A stretch of 63,973 bases of DNA, counting the filler, from Stramenopiles sp. TOSAG23-2 (Eukaryota), in the NCBI GenBank assembly GCA_900128395.1. It is 15 parts of 15 records of this genome, joined end to end, with 100 filler letters (N's around TTAATTAATTAA, not from the genome) between each part and the next. Parts side by side here need not be neighbours in the genome. Positions count along the whole stretch, not along the records: positions 42,791 to 46,954 come from LT650973.1; positions 47,055 to 51,216 come from LT650974.1; positions 51,317 to 55,475 come from LT650975.1; positions 55,576 to 59,724 come from LT650976.1; 11 more parts are not named here. One strand, 5' to 3'. A program made the position numbers and the translations under genes. Each line of letters begins with the position of its first letter. Positions within the stretch are counted from its first letter, which is position 1. The notes beneath the pieces are model-generated. The model was not told the DNA's origin. It was given only the letters and a program-made list of their open reading frames with translations, and made no database searches. This document shows positions 45,213 through 57,190 of this stretch, piece by piece.

Positions 45213-45781
45213 ATGAATTTAAATTATACTGTACTGTATGTATTAAGATACAAAAATATTGGTGGAGGTAAATAGATGCAATTAACGCATTATATGCATC
45301 AATTGAAAACTGTGTATTGTTCAAAGTATGATATATCATATACATCAGACTCATATCATAAGATATATATTATATGATATGATATGTTATGATAATTACA
45401 GTTGTTGATGAAAGATATGGATATACACCATTGCATTATGCTGTGAAATACAACAGGAAAGAACATATACCGTTTTTGTTATCTCAATATCCTAATGCGA
45501 TAAATGTTAAAGCGAAAAAATTTGATGAAGATGGTAATTTAGTTATAGTTAAAAATAATAATACAGCAGCAGCAGTGATAAATGGTACAAATACAACAAC
45601 AAATATAATTACATCATCGTCTATAAATGTACAAAAATTAAAATTTCATGAAGGTGATTTACCAATTGATATTGCAAAAAAAGATTATCAATTGTCTGAA
45701 ATTTATGAAATGTTGTATAATTATAGAAGGACGATTGAGATGTATAAAGGCGAGAAAGATGGTGATAGGGTAGATTTGTGA
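45213..45781 (+). CDS. Small ankyrin-repeat protein (probably two exons: 45213-45267, 45402-45781)
   Basis: GYTPLHYAV ankyrin motif and GDLPIDIA; a GTAAAT...ACAG intron at 45268-45401 joins the upstream ATG in frame. Confidence 0.5.
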
Positions 45782-46154
45782 GAGAGAAGTGTCGAGAAAA
45801 ATTTGTTTTTGTGGGAGCTTCAAAATTTAATAAAAATATTTTAATGGGAGGGAGTGGCGAAGCTCGGTATGATACATTATACATTTTATGATTAAAATTT
45901 GAGAAATTAGATTTGATTAGAACACACTATATTTTCACAACTTCTAACTTCTTGCTTCTCGCATATATATCACATATTATAATATATATATATATTAGTA
46001 TATCTCATACGCCTTCATGATTTTTTTATACAAGTACTTCGTACAAATTTTACACTTTACACACTCTCTGGACTCTGGAACACCTGTCACAACACCTCTC
46101 TAACAACTAACAACATATTCATTATTGTTTTATATAATATTTATATTAAAAAAT

Positions 46155-46721
46155 TCAAAGTTTACTTTTTTGATAAGTTAATTGATCTTTAAATTCTTGT
46201 ATAGCTTCTGGCGTATCATTGACAACAGGGTGGTCTTGACTAGCAAAATGTTTAGGATTCTTGCCTTTTGGCAAAGTTGTTATGTCAATTGGGTGTGTTC
46301 TATCAACTAACTCGCCTACCCTTATATATTTAAAGTCAAAATATGCAACCCAATCTGCTAGTGTTTGACTATCACCAAATTTTTCATCCAGTTCATATTC
46401 AAATTTATCAACTGCGCTATTTGTTAAATCCATTGTTGCTAACGCATATGTACAGTCACAGCCAGCATAAACATCATACGGGCCACCGTAACCAAAGAAA
46501 TCCCTGCCGGTAGTCACATCATATACAATTCCCATTATTGATAATAAAATTCTGTTAGAGAGTGAGTCATATTGATGGATTTCATCCAATGTAAATTTTG
46601 TTTTTACCATTGCTGATGTATAACCATATTGACGTTGAATAATTTGTTGTTCGAGTTTTTTAACTCTTTTGCTCATTGCATTTGAGACTTCTTTTTTTAA
46701 ACTTCTTGTCAATGTATTCAT
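46155..46721 (-). CDS. Cytochrome b5-like heme/steroid-binding (MAPR family) protein
   Basis: FTLDEIHQYD...ILLSIMGIVYDVT.G..FFG.GGPY..YAG.D.T.ALA...W..YF..KY..VG.L. Confidence 0.9.
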   Translation of the reverse strand: MNTLTRSLKKEVSNAMSKRVKKLEQQIIQRQYGYTSAMVKTKFTLDEIHQYDSLSNRILLSIMGIVYDVTTGRDFFGYGGPYDVYAGCDCTYALATMDLTNSAVDKFEYELDEKFGDSQTLADWVAYFDFKYIRVGELVDRTHPIDITTLPKGKNPKHFASQDHPVVNDTPEAIQEFKDQLTYQKSKL

Positions 46722-47167
46722 CGTTTTTCTTTTTTGTTGTTGTTTATTGTGCTAAAAATGTACAATAATGTAATGTTCACACACAACACGATGTTTTTTT
46801 AACAGGCATATCTTATCACATGTTCCATTTACTATGTAGGTATATATTTTACCTGCTACTACATACTATTTTTGTTGCAACAATTTTATTTGCAACGTGT
46901 TAAAGTGCGTCCCTTTCATTGTTATTAGTGTTAAATGAATCGAATTTTCACTCANNNNNNNNNNNNNNNNNNNNNNNNNNNNNNNNNNNNNNNNNNNNTT
47001 AATTAATTAANNNNNNNNNNNNNNNNNNNNNNNNNNNNNNNNNNNNNNNNNNNNACGACAGTAAAGAGGTACATGTAGTGAAGATAGTGAACATAGTGAA
47101 GGTAGTGAAGATATAAAAGTAGTGAAGTAGGAAAGATACAAAAGTAGTGAAGGTTGATAAGGAAAAG

Positions 47168-47857
47168 ATGAAAGGTGTATTATTTTTGATTAGCGTATTG
47201 CTATTGAGTGTAGCAATCGATGCGAAAAATTTAGTTAGTAATTTTCTGAAGATTAAAGAAAGTATGAAGATTAAAGAAAGTATGAAGAGTAAAGAAAGTA
47301 TTAAATCTTTGAGGTTCAACGGGCATTATATATACAGAGTTATTAAACACTTCTCGGATGCATCATTGGAACGTTGCCATAAATATGGGAGAAAAGGGTA
47401 CTACACTTGGCCTGTTGCATATTACCAAAGTAAATCGAACCCTAATGTTGAAGGTAATTATTTAAATCTCGATGAAAAGGTCGGTGCATTAAAAAATGAT
47501 CCAGACCTAACTAAAACGATCTATAATTTTGATTGCAACAAACCAGAATTTTCAAGTACTGGATTATGCCAAGATATAGCAAAAGATAATGATCCTTCGG
47601 GGTGTACAAAGTGTTTTGGTACAAACAAGAGACAGATGGAAAAAGAAGTACAAATGATGTATGGGGGTATTTTGAGTCAGAATGATGATAAGAAAGATGG
47701 AAATATGAAAATCACACTTACCATCAAGTGTCAAATAATGCCGAAATCGGGTTATGCAAAGTATACCTTCGTGGTTGAAGACCAGGAAGACTTCCCCACA
47801 TCAAAACGCAGACGTTTATTAACAAAAACTCGGAGCCGTGGGGAGTGTAGATTATAA
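47168..47857 (+). CDS. Secreted hypothetical protein
   Basis: Signal peptide from ATG 47168; KIKESM-type repeats; C-terminal KRRRLL. Confidence 0.7.
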   Translation: MKGVLFLISVLLLSVAIDAKNLVSNFLKIKESMKIKESMKSKESIKSLRFNGHYIYRVIKHFSDASLERCHKYGRKGYYTWPVAYYQSKSNPNVEGNYLNLDEKVGALKNDPDLTKTIYNFDCNKPEFSSTGLCQDIAKDNDPSGCTKCFGTNKRQMEKEVQMMYGGILSQNDDKKDGNMKITLTIKCQIMPKSGYAKYTFVVEDQEDFPTSKRRRLLTKTRSRGECRL

Positions 47858-47920
47858 AAGTTTTGACTAAAAAAGAGAAAATATAATAAAACGCTCCTGT
47901 ACATTTTTACATGCGCAACA

Positions 47921-50119
47921 TTAAGCAATACAATCACCTCCATCATATTCACATGCTTCCTGATCACATTCAATATCACAATACCCATTACTTGTTGCTT
48001 TTCTACTCGAACAGTATTTACTACATAATGGTTTGCAATCTAATGATTTATCAGATTCGCAAAGCCTCTCATTGCCTGAGAAATATGATTCTATTCCATT
48101 TTGATTAATTAAAACTTTTAAATCCGCATCGACTTTTGTAATATTATTATCTCTTGCATCCAAGTAAAGTAACTTGGTAAACTCCGATAAATACAACGGC
48201 AGCGAGTTTAGCTGACACCGAGAAATCCCTAAAAATACTAAATTCGATTTCAAACCTTGATCTGGGAATTTTATCAAAGTGTTACCATTTAAATATAAAT
48301 CCATTAGAGCTGGAAATTGCTCTTGGCCAAAAATTAAGTCAAGGCTTATCTCATTGTTGCTTAATTGGAGATAAGATAATAGTGGCAAACGTATTTCTCT
48401 AGGCACATTTATTCCAACATTATTCCCCAAGTCTAATGAAATAAGATTTGGATGGGTCCAAACAGCTTCCTCATCATACTGCTTAATATTATTATACATA
48501 AGATATAATTTAACAAGTTTCGTCCACTGTTTTACATCTACACGAAATTCCGTCAAATTGTTAAACGAAACTTCAAAAGAAATCATTTCTATTAAATTTT
48601 CCATATTTGAAGGCAACTCTATCAAACTACAATTACGAACAAACACATGCCTCAATCCATCCATTTCAGTTACCATATTTTGGGGTAACTTCGTTAAGTT
48701 TTTTTCATTTTCAATATGTAAATATGCGCAGTTACATTTTGGATTAAAGGTACGCTTGCAAAGTGGAATCTTTATTTTGCACCCATTTTCCCATACGTAT
48801 TTGTTATCGAAAGTGCTTTCGCAACTCTTCTGAAAAGATTGTGAACTTAATTGAATGCTTATCAAACTAATAAAAAATATGACAAAACCAATGTTCAGCA
48901 CGGAGAAAAAATACCGAAGCCACTTGGGAAAATATTTCAATTGCATTTCAAGTGTATCACGGTGATGGGATAACCTGAGAATGCTTTTCCGCTTACGAGA
49001 TCGAGTGGAATCTTGCGTTTTATTCTGCCGCTCAATCCGCTCTATGTCCATTTTAAAATAATCCTCCCAAATATCATTTAACTTTGAATACAATGACAGG
49101 GTTGGGTAAAGTACAATTAAAAGCATTGTCCTTACTTGAACAGGTAACTTGAAAGATAAGTAAGAATATAGAAGTGGAAACACCATACAAAATATATCTG
49201 TCAAAATATCAAGAAATATCAACCTATCCCGTATTTCTTGTGAACGAATATGAAAACTACCCCAAATATTAATTAGTAATTCAATGATCAAAAACGTGCA
49301 AATAATAATCGATGCACTTAAGTTCATTGTACAGAGGTAAATAGTTGTTAAAGCGTACACTTGATTAACATGCTCAAATGTTTCTGCTGCATACATTTTG
49401 ATCAAGTAATATTTGCCATTGACATCTGTTATATCATTATAACGATTTTTGATATTGGTAAATAGAGCATTAAGTCTTGATTTGTTTTCCGTTTCTTCTT
49501 TCTTATCACCATCTTCATCTTGTTCCCTCTCTTCATTTTCCTTCTCATCTTTCTTTTCTTTTTCGTCCATCTCTTTTGTCTCCTTTTCCTTGGTTGAGTG
49601 AATGACTATACAGGTTCGAACTATAAACCACATCATTAGTAAAAATGAAAAGATTCCTAGGACAAAAAATACCCAAATGCCTTCTTGTTGGAATTGAAAT
49701 TGAAACTTACTGTATATCAAAAATGTGAGCAAATGTCCGACACCTAAAGCAAGTACGACTGACATAACTGCTATATTTTCGCAACTGAATAATATGCAAC
49801 ATTTTTGACAACGTGTAATTTCTGGAACATCATCACTTTCTTTGATTACCAATTCAACGTTATTTGTATTTGCTACATCCATTTTCTTTTCTTTGATTAC
49901 CGATTCAACATTATTAGTATCCGCTACATCTTTTTTTTCTTTGATTACCGATTCAACATTATTACTACCCGCTACATCCATTTTGTTTCCTTTGGTTTTA
50001 ACGTAGTTTGTATCCACTACATCCATTTTGTTTCCTTTGTATACCAATTCAACATTATCCATTTTGTTTCCTTTTGTTACTATTTCAACATTATTTGCAT
50101 TAATTGTTTTCTTTTCCAT
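47921..50119 (-). CDS. Multi-pass membrane protein with LRRs and a C-terminal LNR (Lin-12/Notch-like) repeat
   Basis: N-terminal NNVESVIKEKK.DVA repeats; about 7 hydrophobic segments; LxxLxLxxNxL repeats; terminal NGYCDIECDQEACEYDGGDC. Confidence 0.85.
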   Translation of the reverse strand: MEKKTINANNVEIVTKGNKMDNVELVYKGNKMDVVDTNYVKTKGNKMDVAGSNNVESVIKEKKDVADTNNVESVIKEKKMDVANTNNVELVIKESDDVPEITRCQKCCILFSCENIAVMSVVLALGVGHLLTFLIYSKFQFQFQQEGIWVFFVLGIFSFLLMMWFIVRTCIVIHSTKEKETKEMDEKEKKDEKENEEREQDEDGDKKEETENKSRLNALFTNIKNRYNDITDVNGKYYLIKMYAAETFEHVNQVYALTTIYLCTMNLSASIIICTFLIIELLINIWGSFHIRSQEIRDRLIFLDILTDIFCMVFPLLYSYLSFKLPVQVRTMLLIVLYPTLSLYSKLNDIWEDYFKMDIERIERQNKTQDSTRSRKRKSILRLSHHRDTLEMQLKYFPKWLRYFFSVLNIGFVIFFISLISIQLSSQSFQKSCESTFDNKYVWENGCKIKIPLCKRTFNPKCNCAYLHIENEKNLTKLPQNMVTEMDGLRHVFVRNCSLIELPSNMENLIEMISFEVSFNNLTEFRVDVKQWTKLVKLYLMYNNIKQYDEEAVWTHPNLISLDLGNNVGINVPREIRLPLLSYLQLSNNEISLDLIFGQEQFPALMDLYLNGNTLIKFPDQGLKSNLVFLGISRCQLNSLPLYLSEFTKLLYLDARDNNITKVDADLKVLINQNGIESYFSGNERLCESDKSLDCKPLCSKYCSSRKATSNGYCDIECDQEACEYDGGDCIA

Positions 50120-50337
50120 TGTTTACAATATTTTCAAGTTTAGATATCTTCGATGTACATATGCATTTCCATTGCATGTACGTAACGATAATACATTGAA
50201 TACGAGAAAACTTTCATATATAGCGATGTGCAGATGTGTGTGTTTATCATTCATATTTTTTTAGAAAAAATTGGATTTTAGAAATAGATTTTTTTATTTT
50301 ATTAATACTTTTTTCATGATATTCAGCCTGGACAGCA

Positions 50338-50379
<42 letters not shown>

Positions 50380-50929
50380 TAATAATAATAATAATAATAA
50401 AATGATGAGAATTGTTGTTGATGATGATGATAGAGGCCGTTTTCTATTGTCTATGTATATAATATAGCAGGTGAATACGATGGACCAGATAGGTTAAGGT
50501 GACAATGATGTGACATAATTTTCAAGACCGTTGTAAAAAAAATCCTTTTTTTTATTTGCATTATGACACATATATCTATATATATATATATGAGATATGC
50601 ATGATTGATGATGGAAATGGAGATGTGAACATATATAATGTACACTATACAACTTGTGTGTATATATATAAATACATTGTATACGCTATAATATACTGAA
50701 TGTTTATAAACAAATAAATATTGATAATATTAGTTATAGGATATATACGCGTCATCATTATTTTTATATATAATACATGGTGAGTGAGATTGTAAAAACT
50801 AAAAAATTGATATTTTGATAATTTTTCGTGTCTCGTATAAATCAGAGTGTATTAATATTTTTTATTTTTTACGTTCGTCCAAGAGTGTAAAAATGTTCTA
50901 TTTTTACACCACAAGACCCCCACACACAC

Positions 50930-51215
50930 CTACAATTTAGAATTCAATACAGTACCATCATCATCAGTACTTCCAACAAGTGCTGGAGGCCAAACATCTA
51001 GCACTTTCCGCAATTTACCTTTGTAATGAACTGTTCGCGATTTTGATGCAATTAAATCACTTCTTTTTGGATTTGGATGATGTGGAATAGGATCCAATGT
51101 ATTTACAAATGTTTTCATTAAATTTTTCATCATTACAACTGCATCAGGCCTTGCTAATGATAGATCCCTTCGCTCATTTGGATCATCAGTAATGTTAAAA
51201 AGCCATAAACGTTTT
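50930..51215 (-). CDS. Arylsulfatase-like protein, C-terminal fragment
   Basis: Frame from the contig edge reads KRLWLFNITDDPNERRDLSLARPDAV, the sulfatase LFxLxxDPxExxDL motif. Confidence 0.75.
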
Positions 51216-51317
51216 ANNNNNNNNNNNNNNNNNNNNNNNNNNNNNNNNNNNNNNNNNNNNTTAATTAATTAANNNNNNNNNNNNNNNNNNNNNNNNNNNN
51301 NNNNNNNNNNNNNNNNG

Positions 51318-51578
51318 GTGCCCAATTTGACCAGAGTCTTTCCTTGGGAAGACTCTGCGCTTGCCAGAGTAGTTCAGGATGCTGCATTTACTAGTAATCC
51401 TAACCACAAGACAGAGGTTACAGTAAGGATATACAGTAACCACAACATCAGCAGTTACGTTGCTTACCCACAGGTTAAGGATATTGGCCACACAGTTAAA
51501 AAATATGATAAAGCCAGGAAAGCCTTAAAAAATAGATGTGGGAGGAGAGGAAAAAATAATAATGATGAGCTGAAATGA
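51318..51578 (+). CDS. C-terminal fragment of an unknown protein
   Basis: Frame open from the contig edge with coding-like composition; no family recognised. Confidence 0.4.
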   Translation: MPNLTRVFPWEDSALARVVQDAAFTSNPNHKTEVTVRIYSNHNISSYVAYPQVKDIGHTVKKYDKARKALKNRCGRRGKNNNDELK

Positions 51579-51748
51579 TGATAGATATACTATATATATA
51601 CTGTATCAATCATATTCTAACAAAATACATATACTATACATACATCTGGAAAATCAAAGTAAAACATAATATAAAGGAAAATATCTTACAACAATATTGC
51701 CACTATTTACACAAACATATATATATAAAAAAATAAATAGAAGAGTAA

Positions 51749-53113
51749 ATGGATACACCAGATGTACCACGATATTGGTTAAATTTATTTACACAAGAAT
51801 TATTTCAACATAATTTACCATGGTGGTTAAATAATTCATTGGATAAAGAAGATGGTGGATATTTCAATTGTATCAACGAGGATGGGACTTTATTTGATAC
51901 GAATAAATACGTTTGGTTGCAAGGTAGGCAAGTTTGGATGCTTGCAAAATTATATGGTGATCCAAAATTTGATGATCGATTTTTTCAAGATAAAGGTTTA
52001 ACAGAAATAAATAATAATGTTTTACTAAATGCAGCATTACATGGCGCAAAATTTTTAATGAAAAATGCAATTAAAGAAGAAGATGGACAAGTATGGTTTA
52101 GTTTAAATAAAAAAGGAGAGCCGGTACAATTTCAACGTAAACCGTGGGGTGCATGCTTTCTATTTATGGGTTTTATTGAATTAGCGCGCGTTATGCCAGA
52201 AAGTAGAGCAAAGGAGGCAGCAGAGTATTATAAGCAAGGTGTGGATACATTTCGCTTAATTTTACAATGGTTTGAAACACCATGGTTATTAGGTTCTAAA
52301 TATGGCAAAGGTCAACCAGCAACTTCATCACTTGCAGTTCCAATGATATTATTAAATATTTGTTATGAATTGCGACAATGCATTGGTGATCCAGATGAAA
52401 ACGATGCAACAGCATTGCGTTTATTAGAAGGTGATGAAGATGTAGTTTTATTAGATATATGTGAACAAAAAGAACGATGGTGTATTTTGGAAATTAAGAA
52501 ACATATTAAATATACTAATGATGATGATGATAAAAAGCAAATTAGTAAAGTACTGGAAACAGTTGGTGCGAATGGGGAAGAATTAGAAGGTTCTGCTGGG
52601 CGTTTAATCAATCCTGGCCATGTGATTGAAGCTGGGTGGTTTTTAATGCAACATGGAAATAAATTTAAAGATGATGAAACGTTTGAATTGGGGAAGCAAG
52701 TTGCAACATGGGCATTTGATTATGGCTGGGATAACAATGAAGAGAAAGCTCCAAATGGTGGCATTTTATATTTTCTTGATTCAAGCAAGAAATTTTCACC
52801 GATGGAATTGGAATGGGATATGAAATTGTGGTGGCCACATACAGAAGCAATGATTGCGTTTGCCATGGCATATGAGAAAACTGGAGATGAAGAAATGTGG
52901 AATCGATTTAAAAAAGTCGCCGAATATTCCATGAAAACATTTAAAGACCAAGAAAACAATGGTGAATGGTTTGGTTATTGTAATCGTCGAGGGGAAATAT
53001 CACATCGTTTTAAAGGTGGACCATATAAAGGTATGTTCCATGTTCCACGTTCATTATGGATGTGTGTATTGATATTGGATAAAATATGTCAAAAAGAATT
53101 AGATCACGAGTGA
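51749..53113 (+). CDS. RENBP: N-acylglucosamine 2-epimerase (AGE/RENBP family)
   Basis: SLDKEDGGYF, KYVWLQGRQVW, LAVPMILL, GRLINPGHVIEAGWF, LEWDMKLWWPHTEA, GEWFGY, KGGPYKG.FHVPR. Confidence 0.95.
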   Translation: MDTPDVPRYWLNLFTQELFQHNLPWWLNNSLDKEDGGYFNCINEDGTLFDTNKYVWLQGRQVWMLAKLYGDPKFDDRFFQDKGLTEINNNVLLNAALHGAKFLMKNAIKEEDGQVWFSLNKKGEPVQFQRKPWGACFLFMGFIELARVMPESRAKEAAEYYKQGVDTFRLILQWFETPWLLGSKYGKGQPATSSLAVPMILLNICYELRQCIGDPDENDATALRLLEGDEDVVLLDICEQKERWCILEIKKHIKYTNDDDDKKQISKVLETVGANGEELEGSAGRLINPGHVIEAGWFLMQHGNKFKDDETFELGKQVATWAFDYGWDNNEEKAPNGGILYFLDSSKKFSPMELEWDMKLWWPHTEAMIAFAMAYEKTGDEEMWNRFKKVAEYSMKTFKDQENNGEWFGYCNRRGEISHRFKGGPYKGMFHVPRSLWMCVLILDKICQKELDHE

Positions 53114-53407
53114 AAAGTGAGAGAGAGGAAGAGAGAGCGAGAGAAAAAAAAAAGAAAAGATATAAATATAAGGCTTATTATATACGTACAAGAAGTCTCG
53201 TACGAAACTTTCCATATTATAATTTAATTTTTTTACACCCTTGTGCCCTTCTCTCCTTAAAAATACGAAAAAATACGCGAATTTATACGAACGGACTTCA
53301 TAGTAATAATCATACGAACGTTCGTATGATACGTAAGTATATGATATTATTTTAATAAATTTCATATTATATAAATCATATCTATATTACACGCACACAC
53401 AATGTTT

Positions 53408-55159
53408 TTACACAAATGTGGTGTTCCTTTTCAAAGTTTCTGCTACGCGAGATGCACCAGCTCTTGCACCCATTAAATTGACGCTTCCTGGGCCTAATGT
53501 CAAACCAGCATGTTGGCCTAAAATAAAAGCATTGATATTTTTATTGATACGTAAATCCTCTGTTAATTTTGGCAATCGTCCACATACCGTTTCTATATGC
53601 TTGCTTAAACTTTTAAACACACCAGCTGTCATATCAATTTTTGTACCTGTTGCGCACCAAATCGCATCATAAAAACATGGTCCATCTACTTCAGCATTTT
53701 CATCAAATTGCACTTCCCATTTCATGGTTGTATCATCAAAATACGCATATTCAATATTTGTATCTTCAAAACATGTATAATATCCTGTCGCCTCGCCTTT
53801 TTCTAATTCCTCTAAGACTTCAGGTGTCATGCTACCACCATTTTTTGCATTTACAAGTTGCTCCATACGCTGTTCATAATCATCAATTGCCCAAAAAGAT
53901 GCTAAACGACTTGTACGTTCCCGACCCATCCATGGTAAATCAAGATCAAACTGGCGGGATTGGAGTGGAGCACGAGAACACAATGTTACATGCCGTTTTA
54001 CATTATTATTATTATTATCATCATTTTTCATCATACATGTACGAATTGCACGAGTTGCTAAATGTCCAGCTGTCAAGCCACCACCTATTATTAATAAATT
54101 TTCAAAATTATCTATATGTTTTATATTTTTATCTTTTTCATGTGCCCACATAATATTGCAACTATGATATAGATGTCCTTCAGGAATAGCTTGTCGTTCC
54201 TCTTCATTTAAATCATTATAAAATTCTGGGTATATAGGTATATTTAATGGTCCTAAAATTGAAAAGTAAGTGGATTGTGATTTATTATAATATATATATA
54301 TATATGTTAGCTATCATCATCTATAATATATATGTTATATAGATTGATGTATTATGTATATATATATATATATATACTTACCAGTTGCAAATACTACATT
54401 ACGTGTAGCTATTTTCTTGTTTACACCTTTATCGTCTTTATAGATTACATTAAAATAATGATTAGTTGCCATGATTTTCTGTTCATCCTTTCCATTATTA
54501 TTATTATTAATATCATTTATTATTACTAATTCTACATCCTCAACATTACCTTTAGTTATTGAATTTTCTAAATGATATCTTTCAACAATTGTATCTGAAA
54601 ATTTATTGTATATATGTGTTTTCGGTACTTCATATGGACCATGGTATGCCACACTACGATCTAACTTTAAATTTATTACTGAGCTATCTCGATCGCCATT
54701 TCCTTCAATAAATATTCTCATGCACTGGGGATCGATTGGATCACAGTGTGCACCTAATGCCGATCGTAAATTTGGTATTTCTAGCATATGAAATTGATGC
54801 TTCCATTGCTCCAACCACTTCTCATTTCTGTCAATTACACAAACTTTCTTCAAAAACATTTCATGTGATTTTTTATCACGCGAAGATTTGCTCCACTTGC
54901 CTCTAATAGTACAATCTTTTTGAGTAAATATGTGATCAGGCAACAATTTATACTTTGCGCCGATTCGTTTTGTATTGGAAGATATTTTAAATAATGTTTT
55001 ATTTGTTGGATTTTCTTCTAAATCATCTTGTGATGGTTCCATCAGTTTTGTAATTAAACTTAATGCATGGGGGCCTGCACCTACAATTATTAATGGAACA
55101 TCGACGGGAATCATTTGCGTACCCGTGTTTTGTTTTTTGTTTGTGACTAATGATGACAT
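53408..55159 (-). CDS. FAD/NAD(P)-binding oxidoreductase (two exons: 55159-54382, 54252-53408)
   Basis: IVGAGPHAL and IIGGGLTAGHL Rossmann motifs, W..QF..L.IP.LRS, WCATG, GP...NL.GAR; splicing gives VVFATG|PLNIP in frame with ORF 53408-54151. Confidence 0.85.
54253..54381 (-). other. Spliceosomal intron (129 bp, GTAAGT...TTTTAG)
   Basis: Canonical donor and acceptor, AT-repeat interior; removal restores one continuous oxidoreductase frame. Confidence 0.85.
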
Positions 55160-55575
55160 CTTGCTAATTACAATGTTCGGTTAGGTACATGTTATATATT
55201 TCATGTGTGTGTGTGTGTGTGTGTATTATATCATTGTCACTATAATAATTTAATAATTATATACCAGTAATATATATGTTTATTATAGTTTAGCGATAGA
55301 AGAGAAGAAGAGGTGTGTGAGGCCAAATATTAATATAAAGTGGAGAGAGTATTGCCAATCTCAAAAATCATGCCGAAAACCTTATTAATATATCATACCA
55401 GTTCATATGTTCATATATTAATACACCACGCAGAAAAATACATATGATATTATTAATAATATATTCGTACCATTANNNNNNNNNNNNNNNNNNNNNNNNN
55501 NNNNNNNNNNNNNNNNNNNTTAATTAATTAANNNNNNNNNNNNNNNNNNNNNNNNNNNNNNNNNNNNNNNNNNNN

Positions 55576-55630
55576 CCATTGTTATTAGTTTTAAAATGAA
55601 TATGTTGTACAAAATTCCGGAATTATTCAT
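55576..55630 (+). repeat. Left inverted repeat (inner part)
   Basis: CCATTGTTATTAGTTTTAAAATGAATATGTTGTACAAAATTCCGGAATTATTCAT is the exact reverse complement of 59390-59444. Confidence 0.95.
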
Positions 55631-55737
55631 TTTATAAATATATATGTTATGAAATATATTACTATATAAGTTATGGAGTAAAGATACAGTAATTTATGTA
55701 AATATTTCTATCTATATACTGTAACATTATATAGACA

Positions 55738-56937
55738 ATGAGTTCAACAACAAAGAATAATTCACGGACTAACTATCGTCGTTATCAACGACAAAGACCG
55801 CATGAAGTGCAAATAGGGAATGATTCGTTACCAATACATGTGAAACGTATGCCATTAACCGACTTGAAAATCCAAGCAGAAATGTTAATATTTTACTTTG
55901 AGAACAGACCGAAGCCAATTCGTTGGTGCTCCGACAAACGTGGTTTAAGGAATGGGGCACCACATAGAGTTAGCAAAAGCACGTTGCAACGATGGAAAGA
56001 CCATTATTTGTTATATGGTGAACCCCCAGCAATAACGAAAAGGTATAAACGAAAATCTGGTCGATTAGGGTTGACAAGCCAACAGCAAAAGCTTTTAAAA
56101 AAATTAGCATTGCAAAATCCAGAAAGTTATTTAGATGAATTGCAACAAAAAATGATAGCACATGGAATGCCTAAAATACACCCCACTACAATCTATCGAT
56201 ATCTCAAACGAGAAGGATTATCATTAAATAAGCTAAAAGAAATCGCTAGAGAACGCAGCGAACTTGAACGAGCAAATTATTATAAGAGATTGGAAGGGTT
56301 GGACTACAAGATGTTCATATATATGGACGAAACTGCGAAGGATAAACACGCAGGAAGAAGAAGAAGAGGTTGGGTACGAACTGGATCAGATAGTAGTATT
56401 TTAAAAAGGTTTAAGCGCGTTGAAGACCGTTTTACATTATTAGCTGCATTAAATTACAAAGGATTTGTTCCAAATGCGTGTTTGAAAGTAGATAGGACTA
56501 AAGACAATATAGATACAGATATGTTTAATTATTATTTAACAAACTTTTTGATTCCTGCAATGGGAAATTTTTCACGTGGGGAAGAAAATTCGATATTAAT
56601 TATCGATAATGCTCCAATACATGATCGATTAGAAATTATACGCCTTGTTGAGGAAGCAGGGGGAATTGTGATATTCACAGCTAGATATAGCCCTGACATA
56701 AATCCAATAGAGTATGCATTTAACTTATATAAAAAATTATTGAAACGGTTTCATATGTTTGATTCTGAACTTGCGCATCAATTGGCATTAGGTGGAATAA
56801 CAGAAGATGATTTGGGTAAAACATTTAAACATTGTTTACCTTTTCATAATATTGATTTGCCATTGGAATCTGATGATGATGATGAACTTATTGAAGATAT
56901 TATTATTCGCAAAGTCGTAAATAAATACATTGTATGA
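55738..56937 (+). CDS. IS630/Tc1-like DD34E transposase
   Basis: HTH-like segments (VSKSTLQRW; YLDELQ..IHPTTIYRYLKREG); catalytic FIYMDET, IIDNAPIH, YSPDINPIE with 34 residues between the second D and E; intact frame. Confidence 0.93.
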   Translation: MSSTTKNNSRTNYRRYQRQRPHEVQIGNDSLPIHVKRMPLTDLKIQAEMLIFYFENRPKPIRWCSDKRGLRNGAPHRVSKSTLQRWKDHYLLYGEPPAITKRYKRKSGRLGLTSQQQKLLKKLALQNPESYLDELQQKMIAHGMPKIHPTTIYRYLKREGLSLNKLKEIARERSELERANYYKRLEGLDYKMFIYMDETAKDKHAGRRRRGWVRTGSDSSILKRFKRVEDRFTLLAALNYKGFVPNACLKVDRTKDNIDTDMFNYYLTNFLIPAMGNFSRGEENSILIIDNAPIHDRLEIIRLVEEAGGIVIFTARYSPDINPIEYAFNLYKKLLKRFHMFDSELAHQLALGGITEDDLGKTFKHCLPFHNIDLPLESDDDDELIEDIIIRKVVNKYIV

Positions 56938-57190
56938 GTGAGATAATATGTAAAAATAAAATATGTGGTGTGTCAAAAAAAATTATATTGTGGTGTTGTT
57001 ATTAAAATGTTTTTATTATTAATTTTAAAAATATACTCTTGTATGATATGCCATATACTCGTATCATATCATACGACGTAATAATATATTAAAATACAAA
57101 CAATAAATTATGCGTAAAATAATTATATAAATACACATATATGACATATACATGTAATATATATATTATATATATATACAAATTGTATGA

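Noticed and set aside
51749-55159. Functional cluster of GlcNAc 2-epimerase and FAD oxidoreductase
   Set aside because: Simple convergent neighbours in a compact eukaryotic genome; no evidence of a shared pathway
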